Below are positions 63,999 through 64,000 of a stretch of DNA of 64,000 bases, piece after piece; positions within the stretch are counted from its first letter, which is position 1; every line of letters starts with the position of its first letter. Below the pieces are notes generated by a model. It ran no database searches, was not told the origin of the DNA, and worked only from the letters and a program-made list of their open reading frames with translations. The translations under genes were made by a program, and so were the position numbers. Source of the stretch: an uncultured Lentisphaerales bacterium (GTDB taxonomy: Bacteria > Verrucomicrobiota > Lentisphaeria > JABSQK01 > UBA12247); contig CALSSJ010000010.1 in the NCBI GenBank assembly GCA_943788985.1, forward strand, positions 32,001 to 96,000, written 5' to 3'.

Positions 63999-64000
63999 GT

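Overview
GC-rich (~60%) bacterial chromosomal segment. The gene content (sulfatases, glycoside hydrolases, DUF58/VWA, prenyltransferase-repeat protein, dnaK-groES-groEL order) suggests a PVC-superphylum organism; this is inference. Left: glycan/sulfate catabolism (GH92 end, two sulfatases, GH2, broken GH3), a VapBC pair, an S1-domain protein, an orphan creB and a patch of gene fragments. Middle: a dnaK-groES-groEL operon with a consensus sigma-54 promoter, a sigma-70 factor, HDAC, aroD, ABC-F, ankyrin, DUF58/VWA and several unknown membrane or lipoproteins. Right: GT4-asnB, tRNA-Phe and tRNA-Arg, miaB, hemW-bioD-fabG-fabH-plsX-yceD. Two things stand out. (1) A chromosomal tubC-tubR-tubZ-like locus at about 40.8-42.4 kb: AT-rich repeats with a 20-bp period, a small putative winged-helix gene and a divergent tubulin/FtsZ-family GTPase, with no plasmid or phage genes nearby. 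(2) A 15-bp degenerate palindrome, TTGCGRASTYCGCAA, dispersed in about 35 copies, mostly inside genes and read in several frames. All calls come from motif recognition by eye; no searches were run.
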